Counted from the stretch's first letter, positions 23,018 to 32,635 are shown. The stretch is 64,000 nt of DNA from an uncultured Anaeromyxobacter sp. (GCA_903855945.1 CAIOAK010000177.1:86-64085); one strand, 5' to 3'. The notes: generated by a model not told the origin, from the sequence alone. Numbers and translations are program-made.

Positions 23018-24498
23018 GACGACCCGAGGTGGAGATCGGCGAGCTGTGGGCGGCCGGGTCGCCGGTGCTGTACCTCGTGACCGTGGAGGAGGTCCGGGCG
23101 GTGGCCGCGTGCCGGCTGGCCGCAGAGGCGGCCGACGGCAACCTGGCGGTCTGGTCGAGCCAGCGCGGACTCGAGCCCATCGCCCCCGATGCCCGGACGC
23201 CGATCGCCGCCATCCAGGCGGCTCTCCAGGCTCCGGCGCCGCTCCTCGCGGTCCTGCTCGACTTCCACGACGCGCTCGGCGATCCGGACGTGGTCCGGAC
23301 CCTCCGGGACGCGCTCCCGCGCCTCTCCGCCGAGGGGCGGTGCCTCGTCATCGTGGCGCCGCGGCTGGCGCTCCCGGACGGGCTCGCCTCGGAGGCCTCG
23401 GTGATGCGGTTGCCCCTGCCGGGCGAGGAGGAGCTGTCGGCGCTGCTCGCCTCGGTGGACCGCCCGGGGAGTGCGAGCCCGGCCGATCGGCAGCGGGTGC
23501 TGGTGGCGGCGCGGGGCCTCACCGAGACCCAGGCGCGTCGCGCATTCCAGCGGGCGCTCCGGATCGACCCGGCGTTGGGACTCCGGGCGGCGGAGCTCGT
23601 CCTGGGGGAGAAGAAGCGCGTCCTGTCGCGCGACCTGGGGCTGGAACTCGTCGAGACCCAGGAGGCCGCCGATTCGCTCGGGGGCCTGGAGAGCTTCAAG
23701 GCCTGGATGGAGGAGCGTGCCCTCGCCTTCGCACCCGACGCCCGCGCCTTCGGCCTGCCCCCGCCGCGCGGGGTCCTGCTGGTCGGCGTGCAGGGCTGCG
23801 GCAAGTCCCTCGCCGCCAAGGTGGCGGCCTCCCAGCTCGGGGTGCCGCTCCTGCGGCTCGACCTGCCGCGGGTGATGGGGTCGGCGGAGGGGGCGGAGGA
23901 GAACCTGGCGCGCGCGCTCTCGGCGGCCGAGGCGGTGGCCCCGGTCGCCGTCTGGGTGGACGAGATCGAGAAGGCCTTCGCCGGGAGCGGTCCCGGGCAG
24001 GGGGCCGACGCCCGGGCGGCGCGCCTGCTGGGGTCCTTCTCCACCTGGCTGCAGGAGCGCGCCGGCGCGGTCTTCGCGGTCGCCACGGCGAACGACGTCT
24101 CCCGGCTCCCTCCCGAGCTGCTCCGGCGCGGCCGCTTCGACGAGCTCTTCTTCGTGGACCTGCCCGATGCAGCGGCCCGCCGGGCCATCTTGGCGCTCCA
24201 CCTGCGCAAGCGCAGCAGGGAACCCGACGGCTTCGACCTCGCCACCCTGGCCGACGCCTGCGAGGACTTCTCCGGCGCCGAACTGGAGCAGGTGGTCGTG
24301 GGGGCGCTCCACCGCGCGTTCGCCCAGAAGCGGGATCTCGAGCTGTCCGACCTGCGCCGCGTGGCGCAGGATCTCGTCCCGCTCTTCCGCACCTACGAGG
24401 AGGAGATCAAGGCGCTGCGCGAGTGGTCGCGGGGAAGGGCGCGGGCGGCGGGGCGGGAAGGGGCGGTGGTCGACCTCTTCCGGCGCGCCGCTCCGTAG
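23014..24498 (+). CDS. Ycf46-like AAA+ ATPase
   Basis: ATG 23014 overlaps the gspE-like stop (ATGA). Walker A GVQGCGKSLAAK, Walker B VWVDEIEKAF and RRGRFDELFFVDLP. About 490 aa with the N-terminal domain typical of Ycf46-type proteins. The track ORF start 22666 is a shadow extension. Confidence 0.85.
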   Translation: MRRPEVEIGELWAAGSPVLYLVTVEEVRAVAACRLAAEAADGNLAVWSSQRGLEPIAPDARTPIAAIQAALQAPAPLLAVLLDFHDALGDPDVVRTLRDALPRLSAEGRCLVIVAPRLALPDGLASEASVMRLPLPGEEELSALLASVDRPGSASPADRQRVLVAARGLTETQARRAFQRALRIDPALGLRAAELVLGEKKRVLSRDLGLELVETQEAADSLGGLESFKAWMEERALAFAPDARAFGLPPPRGVLLVGVQGCGKSLAAKVAASQLGVPLLRLDLPRVMGSAEGAEENLARALSAAEAVAPVAVWVDEIEKAFAGSGPGQGADARAARLLGSFSTWLQERAGAVFAVATANDVSRLPPELLRRGRFDELFFVDLPDAAARRAILALHLRKRSREPDGFDLATLADACEDFSGAELEQVVVGALHRAFAQKRDLELSDLRRVAQDLVPLFRTYEEEIKALREWSRGRARAAGREGAVVDLFRRAAP

Positions 24499-24501
24499 AC
24501 G

Positions 24502-25305
24502 TCACGCGCCGGCGGCCGGGCCCGTGCCGAGCACCCGAAGCACGTGCTCGTGGACCCGTCCGTTCGAGAGCAGGCAGTTCCCGGAGGAGGCCGTCGGACG
24601 CCCGGCGAGGTCGGTGAAGCGCCCCCCCGCCTCCTCGGCCAGAACGAGGAGCGGTGCGATGTCCCACACCTGGACCCCGGCCTCGATCCAGGCCTCGGCC
24701 CGTCCGGTGAGGACCATCGCCGCGCCGGCCAGGTCGCCGTAGCAGCGGGCCTGGGCAGCGGTCCGGGCGAGCCCGAGCACAGCCTGCTCCCGATCCGGCG
24801 CGAAGACGCCTCGGAACTCCCCGAACGAGAGGCTCGACTCGGACCAGTCGGAGATGCCGGACACGAGGAGCCGGACGGGCGGTTCGCCGCCCCGGGACAT
24901 CCAGGCCCCGCGCCCCCGCGCGGCCCAGTAGGTCTCCCCGAGGGCCGGCATGGCCATGGCTCCGGCCACCACCGCACCCTCGTGCTCGAGCGCCACGAGC
25001 GGCCCCCAGAAGGCGCCCCCCCGGGTGAAGCCGCGCGTGCCGTCGATGGGATCGACGATCCAGCGGGTGGCGGCGTCGCCGGCATGGGTTCCGGACTCCT
25101 CCCCGAGGATGGCGTGGGCGGGGAAGGCGGCGCGAACGACCGCCACCACCGCGGCCTCCGACTCCCGGTCTGCGACCGTCACCGGCGTGCGGTCCGGCTT
25201 CACCTCGACCCGCACGCCGCGTAGGAAGTGGGCGAGGCTGGCGGTGGCCGCCGCCTCCACTGCGCGGCGGGCGGTGGCGAGGGCCAGATCGAGGTCGAGC
25301 GACAT
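24502..25305 (-). CDS. Inositol monophosphatase family protein (possibly histidinol-phosphatase HisN type)
   Basis: WIVDPIDGTRGF and GEESG motifs. Start ATG 25305 (MSLDLDLALATARRAVEAA). The longer track ORF to 25572 runs through an upstream terminator. Confidence 0.85.
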   Translation of the reverse strand: MSLDLDLALATARRAVEAAATASLAHFLRGVRVEVKPDRTPVTVADRESEAAVVAVVRAAFPAHAILGEESGTHAGDAATRWIVDPIDGTRGFTRGGAFWGPLVALEHEGAVVAGAMAMPALGETYWAARGRGAWMSRGGEPPVRLLVSGISDWSESSLSFGEFRGVFAPDREQAVLGLARTAAQARCYGDLAGAAMVLTGRAEAWIEAGVQVWDIAPLLVLAEEAGGRFTDLAGRPTASSGNCLLSNGRVHEHVLRVLGTGPAAGA

Positions 25306-25353
25306 GCGCGGACGATACCACCGCACCCGCCGTGGCCACATCCGCTCGACCGG

Positions 25354-25392
25354 TAAAAGGAAACGGCCGCCCCGGTTTCCCGGAGCGGCCGT
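25354..25392 (-). terminator. Intrinsic terminator of the CoA-transferase gene
   Basis: Minus-strand RNA reads ACGGCCGC-U-CCGG-GAAA-CCGG-G-GCGGCCGU followed by UUCCUUUU. It has 12 bp of stem, a GNRA loop and a U-rich tail, and starts 24 nt after the stop. Confidence 0.7.
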
Positions 25393-25415
25393 CGGATGCA
25401 GCGTGACCGGTGGTC

Positions 25416-26948
25416 CTACTTCTTGGGGCGCATGTCGCCCGTCTGGAGGAACCGGGTGTGGAACGAGAAGGCCTCGGTGAACATGTGCGGCGAGTGGAGG
25501 CCGGCCGAGGGGTTCTTCATGGCGCGCTTCACGTAGTCCCAGAGGATGGGGCGGTACTCCGGGGCGGCGCACTTCTCGATGACCTCCCGGGCCTTCTCCT
25601 TCGGGCTCTTGCCGCGGAGGTCGGCGAAGCCGAACTCGGTGACGATGCCGTTCACCTCGTGCTCGGTGTGGTCGATGTGCGACGCGAAGGGCACGATGGC
25701 GGAGATCTTCCCGTCCTTGGCGGTCGCCGGGGACATGAAGATCGTGTAGGCCGAGTTGCGGGCGAAGTCACCCGAGCCGCCGATGCCGTTCTCGATGCCC
25801 TTGCCGGCGATGTGGGTGGAGTTCACGTGCCCGTAGATGTCGGCCTCGACGAAGCCGTTCATCGCGATGCAGCCGAGGCGGCGGATGATCTCCGGGTGGT
25901 TCGAGATCTCCTGCGGGCGCAGGATGATCTGCTGGCGGTACCGGTCGATGTTCTTGTTGAACCGGACCTGCCCCTCGGGCGAGACCGAGAAGGCGGTGGC
26001 CGAGGCCACGGTGAGCTTGCCCGAGTCGAGCATGTCGAGCATGCCGTCCTGGATCACCTCGGTGTAGCTCGTCATGTTCTCGAAGGGCCCCTCGTTCAGG
26101 CCGACGAGGACGGCGTTGGCGATGTTGCCCACGCCCGACTGCAGCGGGTTCAGGTGCTTGGAGAGCCGGCCCGCCTTCACCTCGTTGGAGAGGAAGTCGA
26201 TGATGTGTCCGGCGATCCGCTTGTGGATCTCCTCCGGGGCCTTGAAGGGCGCGTTGCGGTCGGCGTTGTCGGTCTCGACCACCGCCACGACCTTGTTCAC
26301 GTCGAAGTGCCAGACCTTGGAGCCCTTGCGGTCGTCGGTCTTGAGGATGGGCAGCGGGACGCGCGTGCCGTGCTGGCCCGGGACGGAGATGATGTCGTGC
26401 ATCCCCTCGAGCCGGTCATCCTGCCAGCTGTTCACCTCGAGGATGATCTTGTCGGCCATCTCCAGGTAGATGTTGTTGGCGCCGCAGGAGGAGGAGGGGA
26501 CGGCGGTGCCGTCGGCGTTGATGCGTGTGACCTCGATGACGGCGAAGTCGATGTTGTTCTTGCCCTTGCCGTAGTACCCGTAGCGCACCAGGCTCCCGGC
26601 GTGGGACAGGTGCATGTCCTGGTATTCGATGATGCCGGCGTTGATCTTCTCGCGGGTGATCGCGTCGCCCTGGTAGGGGAAGCGGAACCGCTGTGACTCG
26701 ACGAAGCTCATCATCGAGTCCTGCTCGGGGCCGGTGGAGGCGCCGGTGAGGACGTCGAGCTTGAGCGGCTTGCCCTTGAGCTTCTCGTCGATGGCGCGCT
26801 TGGCGAGCGCGACCGGGACGGCCTTGGGATAGCCGGCGCCCGTGAAGCCCGACATGCCGACCACTGCGCCGTTCGGGATCAACGCGGCGGCCGCCTCGGC
26901 CGACATCACCTTGCTCTTCAGCCCATTGTGAAGGATCCGATCACCCAT
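25416..26948 (-). CDS. Acetyl-CoA hydrolase/transferase family protein (succinate/acetate CoA-transferase type)
   Basis: N-terminal VVGMSGFTGAGYPKAVP. 510 aa and colinear with AarC/ScpC-type CoA transferases. GGAG lies 9-12 nt upstream. Confidence 0.88.
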   Translation of the reverse strand: MGDRILHNGLKSKVMSAEAAAALIPNGAVVGMSGFTGAGYPKAVPVALAKRAIDEKLKGKPLKLDVLTGASTGPEQDSMMSFVESQRFRFPYQGDAITREKINAGIIEYQDMHLSHAGSLVRYGYYGKGKNNIDFAVIEVTRINADGTAVPSSSCGANNIYLEMADKIILEVNSWQDDRLEGMHDIISVPGQHGTRVPLPILKTDDRKGSKVWHFDVNKVVAVVETDNADRNAPFKAPEEIHKRIAGHIIDFLSNEVKAGRLSKHLNPLQSGVGNIANAVLVGLNEGPFENMTSYTEVIQDGMLDMLDSGKLTVASATAFSVSPEGQVRFNKNIDRYRQQIILRPQEISNHPEIIRRLGCIAMNGFVEADIYGHVNSTHIAGKGIENGIGGSGDFARNSAYTIFMSPATAKDGKISAIVPFASHIDHTEHEVNGIVTEFGFADLRGKSPKEKAREVIEKCAAPEYRPILWDYVKRAMKNPSAGLHSPHMFTEAFSFHTRFLQTGDMRPKK

Positions 26949-27083
26949 CGTGTGTCACTCCTCGCGGACCTTGGGGTCCGGTAGCGTTCGTTGGCGGACA
27001 GCGAGCTCTCGCCCCCCGGCGGCGCCGGAAGGGAGGCGGGTCCGGCAGGATAGCCCGAACGCGCCGGGCTTTGAAAGTGGAAG

Positions 27084-27104
27084 ACGCCCGGAAACGAAGG
27101 GCGT
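27084..27104 (-). terminator. Putative terminator after plsB
   Basis: Minus-strand ACGCCC-UUCGUUUCC-GGGCGU followed by CUUCCACUUUC, 9 nt after the plsB stop. Confidence 0.4.
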
Positions 27105-27112
27105 GACTGCCG

Positions 27113-29626
27113 TCAAGCCGGCAGGAATCGGTCGATCTTTTCGACGAGCTGCGTCGAGGCGGTATCCCGCCACGTCTCGGTGACCACCCTGCGTCCGTCC
27201 TCGGTGCCTTCGAAGGCCCCCTGGCCGCCCAGCCACTCCATGGCGTTCTCGAGGGTGGCCTTGGAGACCGACTCTCGCATCCGCACGAGACCCGAGAGGA
27301 ATTCGGCGTGGCCACGCTCGAGCCCCTGCTTCACGAGGAGCTTGCGTTCGGCCGAGCCCCCGGCCAGCCCGGCCGCCCGGACCGTCTCGGCTGCGATCCG
27401 GTAGGCCTCCAGGTAGGGGCGGGTCATGTCGGCGAGGAAGTCGAGCCGCCCGCGGGCCGGCCCGGGGCCGATCCGCCCGTCCGCCTCGATCACGGCGCCG
27501 AGCCCCGCCAGGGCGTCCAGCTTGGTGCGGAAGACCGCGTCGAAGGTGGATCCCACCGGGTACATGAACTCGAGCCGGAACAGCCGCGAGAGGAACCGGA
27601 CGTCGTCCCGGATCTCGGCGAGCGTGGCGCCCGGTCCGCGGGCGCGAACCGCCATCGACACGAGCGAGAGCCCCACGTACCGGTTCAGGATCGCGTTGCG
27701 GTGGTAGTCGAGGTAGATCCGCTTCGGATCGGGGACCTGGTAGATGACCTGTCCGCCCGCCTCCTGGACGTCCACCAGCTTGCTCGCCGCGAAGGTGACG
27801 ACCGCGTCGTGCACCGGGCCGGGCGCGAGCGGGTCGTTCGTCGCGCCCGAGAGCGCCGGCGCGAGCCTGGCTCCCTCCCGGACGGCGATGTCGAGGAGCA
27901 GCGCGACCCGGTCGGAGACCTCCGTCGAGGAGATGCCGCGCCGCACGTGGGACAGGAGCGCCGCCGCGACGAGGCTCACCGGGGTGACGGTGACCACCTC
28001 CGCGATGCCCCAGGCGATCCGGTTGGCCAGGTGCTGGACGAGCGACCGGCGGTCGTCGGTGTTCCGCTCGTCGGCATCGAGGGTGAGCGAGGGGGACGAC
28101 GCGCCGGCCTGCATCCCGGCCACCTCCTTCAGGGAGACCGGGGTGCCGAACTGGAGGTAGATGCGGCCGTAGCTGCGGAGCAGCGCCCGCGGGGTCTGCA
28201 GCAGCGCCCCGAACGACTCCTTCTTCTTCTCGCCGCCGGCGAGCTCCTGGGCGTAGGAGGTGCCCTCCACGAGCCTCTCGTAGTCCACGGCGATGGGGAT
28301 GAAGAGCACGTCCTCCGCCGCTCCGTCGGCCCAGGCGTCCACCTCCATGGAGAGGAGCCCGGTCTTGGGGAAGAGCAGCTTTCCGGTGCGCGAGCGCCCG
28401 CCCTCGGGGAAGAACTCCTGCGTGAATCGCTCCCGCAGGAGGTACTTCACGTAGGCGCGCAGCGTGGCGCTGTAGATCTTGTCCCCCTTGAAGGTGCGCC
28501 GGATGAAGAAGGCGCCCGCCCGCCGCGCGATGGAGCCGAAGGGCCAGAAGGAGAGGTTGATGCCCGCGGCGATCTGCGGCGGGATGAGCCCGTGCTCGTA
28601 GAAGGCCCACGAGAGCAGCATGTAGTCGATGTGGCTCTTGTGGCTGGGGGTGAGGACGAGCGGCTTCTCGGCCGCCAGGCGCCGGATCTCGGCGAGCCCG
28701 TTCTGGTCGATCTCCACCCGCTCGTACATCGTCTGGAAGATCCAGCGGAACAGCGGCCGGATCATGTCGATGAAGAGCGGGGAGTAGCGGCTCGCGATCT
28801 CCCGGAGGTCGCGCAGGGCCTCCCGCCGAACCGACCCGGCCGACCGCCCCTTCTGGCGGGCCACGTGGTCGAGCACCTCCTTCAGGTGCCGGTCCCGCAT
28901 CACCTTCTCCTCGACCCGGGTGGGGGTGCGAAGCGGCGGCCCCACCGCGGCGCGGAGCTCGCGGGCCAGGTGGTGGTGGATGGTGCCGCGTACCTTGCGG
29001 GCCACCAGCGCGTCGGGCTCGTCCAGGCGCTCGTCGACGAAGGCGGCGAGGTCGATGGGGCGCCCCACCCGGAGGAAGGCGCGCTTGTAGTTCCGGAGGA
29101 AGGCCACCGCGGCCGAGAGCGTGTTCGGCGACTCCGGTGAGCCCCAGACCAGTTCCCAGATGGGCGGAACGACCCGCTGGGCGCGCCGGCTCCAGACCAG
29201 GATGAGCGGGACGAGGAAGACCGGGCGCGCCTGTCCGCGCTGAAGCTCCACGAGCGCCTCGAAGGGCGGGCCGGCCTCCTCGTGCGAGTTGAGGAAGATG
29301 ACGGCGGTGGACTGGCCGCGCGCGGCGGCGTCGACGAGCGCCCGGGTGCTCCTCCAGACCGCGGCGAGCCATCCGAAGAGCCCGACGAAGTTCACCGCGA
29401 CCCGGAGCGGTGGGAGACCGAGCCGCCGCACGAGCCAGTTCACGTAGAGGTAGTTGACGAGCCCCGAGGAGCGGGCCACGAAGACCACGCTGCCCTGCCC
29501 GGCCAGCGCCTCCATCTGCTCCTCGAGTCCAGCCGGGAGGTGGATGGGCTCGAACCAGCGATCGAAGAGGAGCCGCCGACGGCGTGGAGGGCGGGGCGCA
29601 GGGGCGGTGGACGGTGCAGGGTCCAA
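27113..29626 (-). CDS. plsB: Glycerol-3-phosphate 1-O-acyltransferase
   Basis: 837 aa. HX4D acyltransferase block HKSHIDYMLL, plus FFPEGGRSRTGK and IPIAVDYER blocks. Confidence 0.9.
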   Translation of the reverse strand: MDPAPSTAPAPRPPRRRRLLFDRWFEPIHLPAGLEEQMEALAGQGSVVFVARSSGLVNYLYVNWLVRRLGLPPLRVAVNFVGLFGWLAAVWRSTRALVDAAARGQSTAVIFLNSHEEAGPPFEALVELQRGQARPVFLVPLILVWSRRAQRVVPPIWELVWGSPESPNTLSAAVAFLRNYKRAFLRVGRPIDLAAFVDERLDEPDALVARKVRGTIHHHLARELRAAVGPPLRTPTRVEEKVMRDRHLKEVLDHVARQKGRSAGSVRREALRDLREIASRYSPLFIDMIRPLFRWIFQTMYERVEIDQNGLAEIRRLAAEKPLVLTPSHKSHIDYMLLSWAFYEHGLIPPQIAAGINLSFWPFGSIARRAGAFFIRRTFKGDKIYSATLRAYVKYLLRERFTQEFFPEGGRSRTGKLLFPKTGLLSMEVDAWADGAAEDVLFIPIAVDYERLVEGTSYAQELAGGEKKKESFGALLQTPRALLRSYGRIYLQFGTPVSLKEVAGMQAGASSPSLTLDADERNTDDRRSLVQHLANRIAWGIAEVVTVTPVSLVAAALLSHVRRGISSTEVSDRVALLLDIAVREGARLAPALSGATNDPLAPGPVHDAVVTFAASKLVDVQEAGGQVIYQVPDPKRIYLDYHRNAILNRYVGLSLVSMAVRARGPGATLAEIRDDVRFLSRLFRLEFMYPVGSTFDAVFRTKLDALAGLGAVIEADGRIGPGPARGRLDFLADMTRPYLEAYRIAAETVRAAGLAGGSAERKLLVKQGLERGHAEFLSGLVRMRESVSKATLENAMEWLGGQGAFEGTEDGRRVVTETWRDTASTQLVEKIDRFLPA

Positions 29627-29647
29627 GGTCTCGGATTCCTCGGTCGA

Positions 29648-30415
29648 CTACGTGCCGCGGCGCTTCACGCGCCCCTCGCGGTCGAGGTACCAGGGCTCGA
29701 CGAGGAGGGCCTCCACCTCGTTGCGGTGCCCCTTCACGTCGGCGGAGAGATCATGGAGCGCCTGGAGCACCTCCCCACGAACCCGCGCATTCTCCCGGTC
29801 GCGCAGGAGCAGTGCGATGAGGGCGTCGCGGGCCGCCTCGGTCGGCGTCCCCACGGTGAGGGCGCGCGCCGCGCCGATGCGGACGTCGTCGACGAAGTCC
29901 TCGAGGAGCGGGAGGACCGCCGCATCCCGCATCGGTCCCCCCACCGGCGTGAGCGACGCCAGATCAGGGTGCTCGCGGAGCCAGGAGAGGAGGACCAGCT
30001 TCTTCTCCGGGTCGCGGGTGTACTGCCGGCCGAGCTCGACGAGGAGGGTGTGGACGGTGCCCAGCAACTCCTCCGGCGGAGCGAGGGAGGCGAGGACCCG
30101 CAGACCCCAGGCGACTCCCGACTCCTGCTCGGCCAGGAACTCCCGCACGGCGGGGAGGGCCGTGGGGCCCGCGGCCACCAGGACCGCCCGGGCCTGCTCC
30201 TTCTCCTCGTCGTCGGTGATCCCGACCTCGGCCCGCACGGTGAAGCGGAGGCAGAGGGTCTTCAGGGCGGCCTGGGTCCCGATCTCGCCGAGCTGCTCGA
30301 TGCCCTTCTGCCGGTTCTCGGCCGGACCGTACTTCTGCGTGATCTTCTGACCCAGCTTCCTCAGGGTGGCCTGATCGCGCGACGCGCTGCTCCCGAAGAG
30401 GTCGAGGATACCCAT
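29648..30415 (-). CDS. Hypothetical protein, HEAT/armadillo-like helical repeats
   Basis: 255 aa with non-repetitive, helix-rich composition. Repeated A-L-x-x-L-G/AAR-AL units are present. It is packed tightly between the cbpA-like gene and plsB on the same strand. Confidence 0.6.
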   Translation of the reverse strand: MGILDLFGSSASRDQATLRKLGQKITQKYGPAENRQKGIEQLGEIGTQAALKTLCLRFTVRAEVGITDDEEKEQARAVLVAAGPTALPAVREFLAEQESGVAWGLRVLASLAPPEELLGTVHTLLVELGRQYTRDPEKKLVLLSWLREHPDLASLTPVGGPMRDAAVLPLLEDFVDDVRIGAARALTVGTPTEAARDALIALLLRDRENARVRGEVLQALHDLSADVKGHRNEVEALLVEPWYLDREGRVKRRGT

Positions 30416-30424
30416 GGCGACCTT

Positions 30425-31384
30425 CTACAACGAGATGCCGGCCCGCGGGTCGGACTTGTAGAGGTCGCGGAGCGGTTCGACCGCATTCCGGAGGGCCTCG
30501 CTCTCCTCGGGGAGGACGATCTTGGCCACCGCGTAGAGGTCGCCACGCGGGCCACCCTTGAGATCGGGGAGCCCCCGGCCGCGGAGCCGGAGCTGTCGTC
30601 CCGACTGGGTGCCGGCCGGGATCCGGAGCTGGACCTGCCCCTCGAAGGTCGGGATGACCACCTCGGCACCCGCAGCGGCCTCCGGGACGGTGAGGGGGAG
30701 GTCGAGGTAGAGGTCGTGCCCCTCCCGCCGCACGCCGGCGTGCACGCGCAGTCGGACCACGAGGAAGAGGTCGCCCGCGGGTCCGCCGTTCATCCCCTCG
30801 CCACCCTGGCCGGCGAGCCGGATCCGGGAGCCGTCGGTCACGCCGGCCGGGATCTTCACCCGGAGCGTCTTCCCGTCGACGTGGAGGTCGCGCTCGGCCC
30901 CCAGGGCGGCGTCCCGGAGTTCGACCTGCAGCTCCGCCTCGGCATCCTGTCCCGGCCTGGCCTTGGGGGCGCCGCGCCGTCGTCCTCGACCCCCCCCGCC
31001 GAAGAGGTCTCCGAAGAGGTCTCCGAAATCGAAGTTGCCCACCCCGCCCACGTTCACGGTCTCGTAGTCGCCGAGGTCGAAGGGGACCTCCTGGCCGGGC
31101 CGGCCCCCGTGCTGGCGCCACTGCCGGTACTGGTCGGCCGCCTTCTCGTCGAAGCCGGTGCGAAGCGCGTCGGGGCCGAATTCGTCGTAGAGACGCCGCT
31201 TCTTCTCGTCGGAGAGCACCTCGTGGGCGGCCGTGATCTCCTTGAACTTCTCCTCGGCCTTCTTGTCGCCGGGGTTCATGTCGGGGTGGAACTTCTTCGC
31301 GAGCTTCCGGTAGGACTTCCGGATCTCGTCGTTCGTGGCGCCGCGGGCCACGCCGAGGACGTCGTACAGGTCGCGCTGGGGCAC
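30425..31384 (-). CDS. J-domain co-chaperone, CbpA type (DnaJ class II, no zinc-finger domain)
   Basis: J-domain DLYDVLGV...[12 protein letters not shown] (HPD). G/F-rich linker. Two C-terminal beta-domains. No CxxCxGxG repeats. Confidence 0.9.
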   Translation of the reverse strand: MPQRDLYDVLGVARGATNDEIRKSYRKLAKKFHPDMNPGDKKAEEKFKEITAAHEVLSDEKKRRLYDEFGPDALRTGFDEKAADQYRQWRQHGGRPGQEVPFDLGDYETVNVGGVGNFDFGDLFGDLFGGGGRGRRRGAPKARPGQDAEAELQVELRDAALGAERDLHVDGKTLRVKIPAGVTDGSRIRLAGQGGEGMNGGPAGDLFLVVRLRVHAGVRREGHDLYLDLPLTVPEAAAGAEVVIPTFEGQVQLRIPAGTQSGRQLRLRGRGLPDLKGGPRGDLYAVAKIVLPEESEALRNAVEPLRDLYKSDPRAGISL

Positions 31385-31462
31385 GGCGAAAAGCTAATGC
31401 ATCCACGCCCGGGGTCAACGTTGGTTGTCGCCCGGACGGGTACAGGCGGCTAGAATCCCCCC

Positions 31463-32137
31463 GTGAAGAACGCCCTCCGGGTCCTCGCAGCCCTCGTTCC
31501 GCTCCTTTCCGCGGCCGCCGAGGTCCCCTCCGGCGAGCGGGTGGTGGACGAGGTGGTGGCGGTGGTGGCCACCCGGGGCCGGGAGGGGCGCGTCATCACG
31601 CTCTCCCAGGTGGCGGAGGAGGGGAGGATCGCGCTCGTCTCCCGGGGAGGGGTGGAGGCGGCCTTCGCACCGCTGGGCGGGGCGGTCCTGCGTGCCTCCC
31701 TCGACTGGTACGTGGACCAGATCCTGCTCTTCGACGAGGCGGTCCGGCTGCAGGTCTTCGAGGTCGACCGGGCGGCGGCCCAGGCGGAGCTGACTCGGTT
31801 CAAGGCTGCGTTCCGCTCGCCGAAGGATTTCCAGGCCTTCCTCTACCAGATCGACTCCAGCGAGGACGACCTGACGAACGTCCTCCGGCGCAGCATCCGG
31901 GTCCGCCGCTACCTCGAGTCCCGCTTGGGTCGGACCCGCCCGTCGGCGCGCGACATCCAGGCCTGGTACGACGCCCACGCCACCGAGTACGGCGGCCTGC
32001 CGCTCGCCGACGTGAAGGACGACGTCGCCTCCCGGATCATCGCCGCGAGGGCCGATTCCGAGACGAAGGCGTTGCTGGCCGAGCTCCGCAGCCGCGCCGA
32101 CGTCCGGATCCTCGTCGATCTGGGCGCCCGACCGTGA
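31463..32137 (+). CDS. SurA N-terminal-domain-like periplasmic chaperone protein
   Basis: Signal peptide VKNALRVLAALVPLLSAAAE. Helical SurA_N-like body. GTG start without an SD. Confidence 0.6.
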   Translation: MKNALRVLAALVPLLSAAAEVPSGERVVDEVVAVVATRGREGRVITLSQVAEEGRIALVSRGGVEAAFAPLGGAVLRASLDWYVDQILLFDEAVRLQVFEVDRAAAQAELTRFKAAFRSPKDFQAFLYQIDSSEDDLTNVLRRSIRVRRYLESRLGRTRPSARDIQAWYDAHATEYGGLPLADVKDDVASRIIAARADSETKALLAELRSRADVRILVDLGARP

Positions 32138-32622
32138 GCGTCGAGATCGGAGCAGGGCTCCTCTTCCGGCGCATGCGGGAGGCGGACCTGCCGCGGGTGA
32201 TGGAGATCGAGCGGGCGGCGTTCTCCCACCCCTGGTCGGAGGACATGGTCCGGCGCGAGCTCGGGCACGACTTCTCGACGGTCCTCCTCGCCACGGCGGG
32301 CCCGGACGGGGAGGTTCAGGGCTTCGCCGTGGTCTGGCTCGTCCACGACGAGCTGCACATCCTGAACGTCGCGGTCGCCCCCGAGGCGCGGCGTCGCGGC
32401 GTGGGGCGTTCCGTCCTCCTGCGCGTCGAGGCCATGGGTCTCGAGCAGGGTGCCCGTGTGGCGATGCTGGAGGTCCGGCGGGGGAACGCCCCGGCCATCG
32501 CCCTCTACCGGGCCATGGGATACCGGGAGGTCGGCGTGCGCCCCCGCTACTACGCGGAGGACGGGGAGGACGCGCTGGTGATGGACAAGGACCTGGCGTG
32601 GTGCGCCGCTCCGGGCTCGTGA
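32134..32622 (+). CDS. rimI: Ribosomal-protein-alanine N-acetyltransferase
   Basis: GNAT fold with the RimI pattern (IERAAFSHPWS, ILNVAVAPEARRRGVGR, ALYRAMGY). The GTG start overlaps the upstream stop. Confidence 0.85.
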   Translation: MSVEIGAGLLFRRMREADLPRVMEIERAAFSHPWSEDMVRRELGHDFSTVLLATAGPDGEVQGFAVVWLVHDELHILNVAVAPEARRRGVGRSVLLRVEAMGLEQGARVAMLEVRRGNAPAIALYRAMGYREVGVRPRYYAEDGEDALVMDKDLAWCAAPGS

Positions 32623-32635
32623 TAGAGAGCGAAAC

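Noticed and set aside
25306-25572. Upstream extension of the IMPase ORF (356-aa version)
   Set aside because: It would read through the strong intrinsic terminator at 25354-25392 and into the CoA-transferase 3' end. The extension is low-complexity, and ATG 25305 gives a normal IMPase N-terminus.
25410-26696. 428-aa plus-strand ORF
   Set aside because: It is antisense to the CoA-transferase gene, whose protein is clearly recognisable. The plus-strand translation is a V/D/G/L/H/E-rich shadow.
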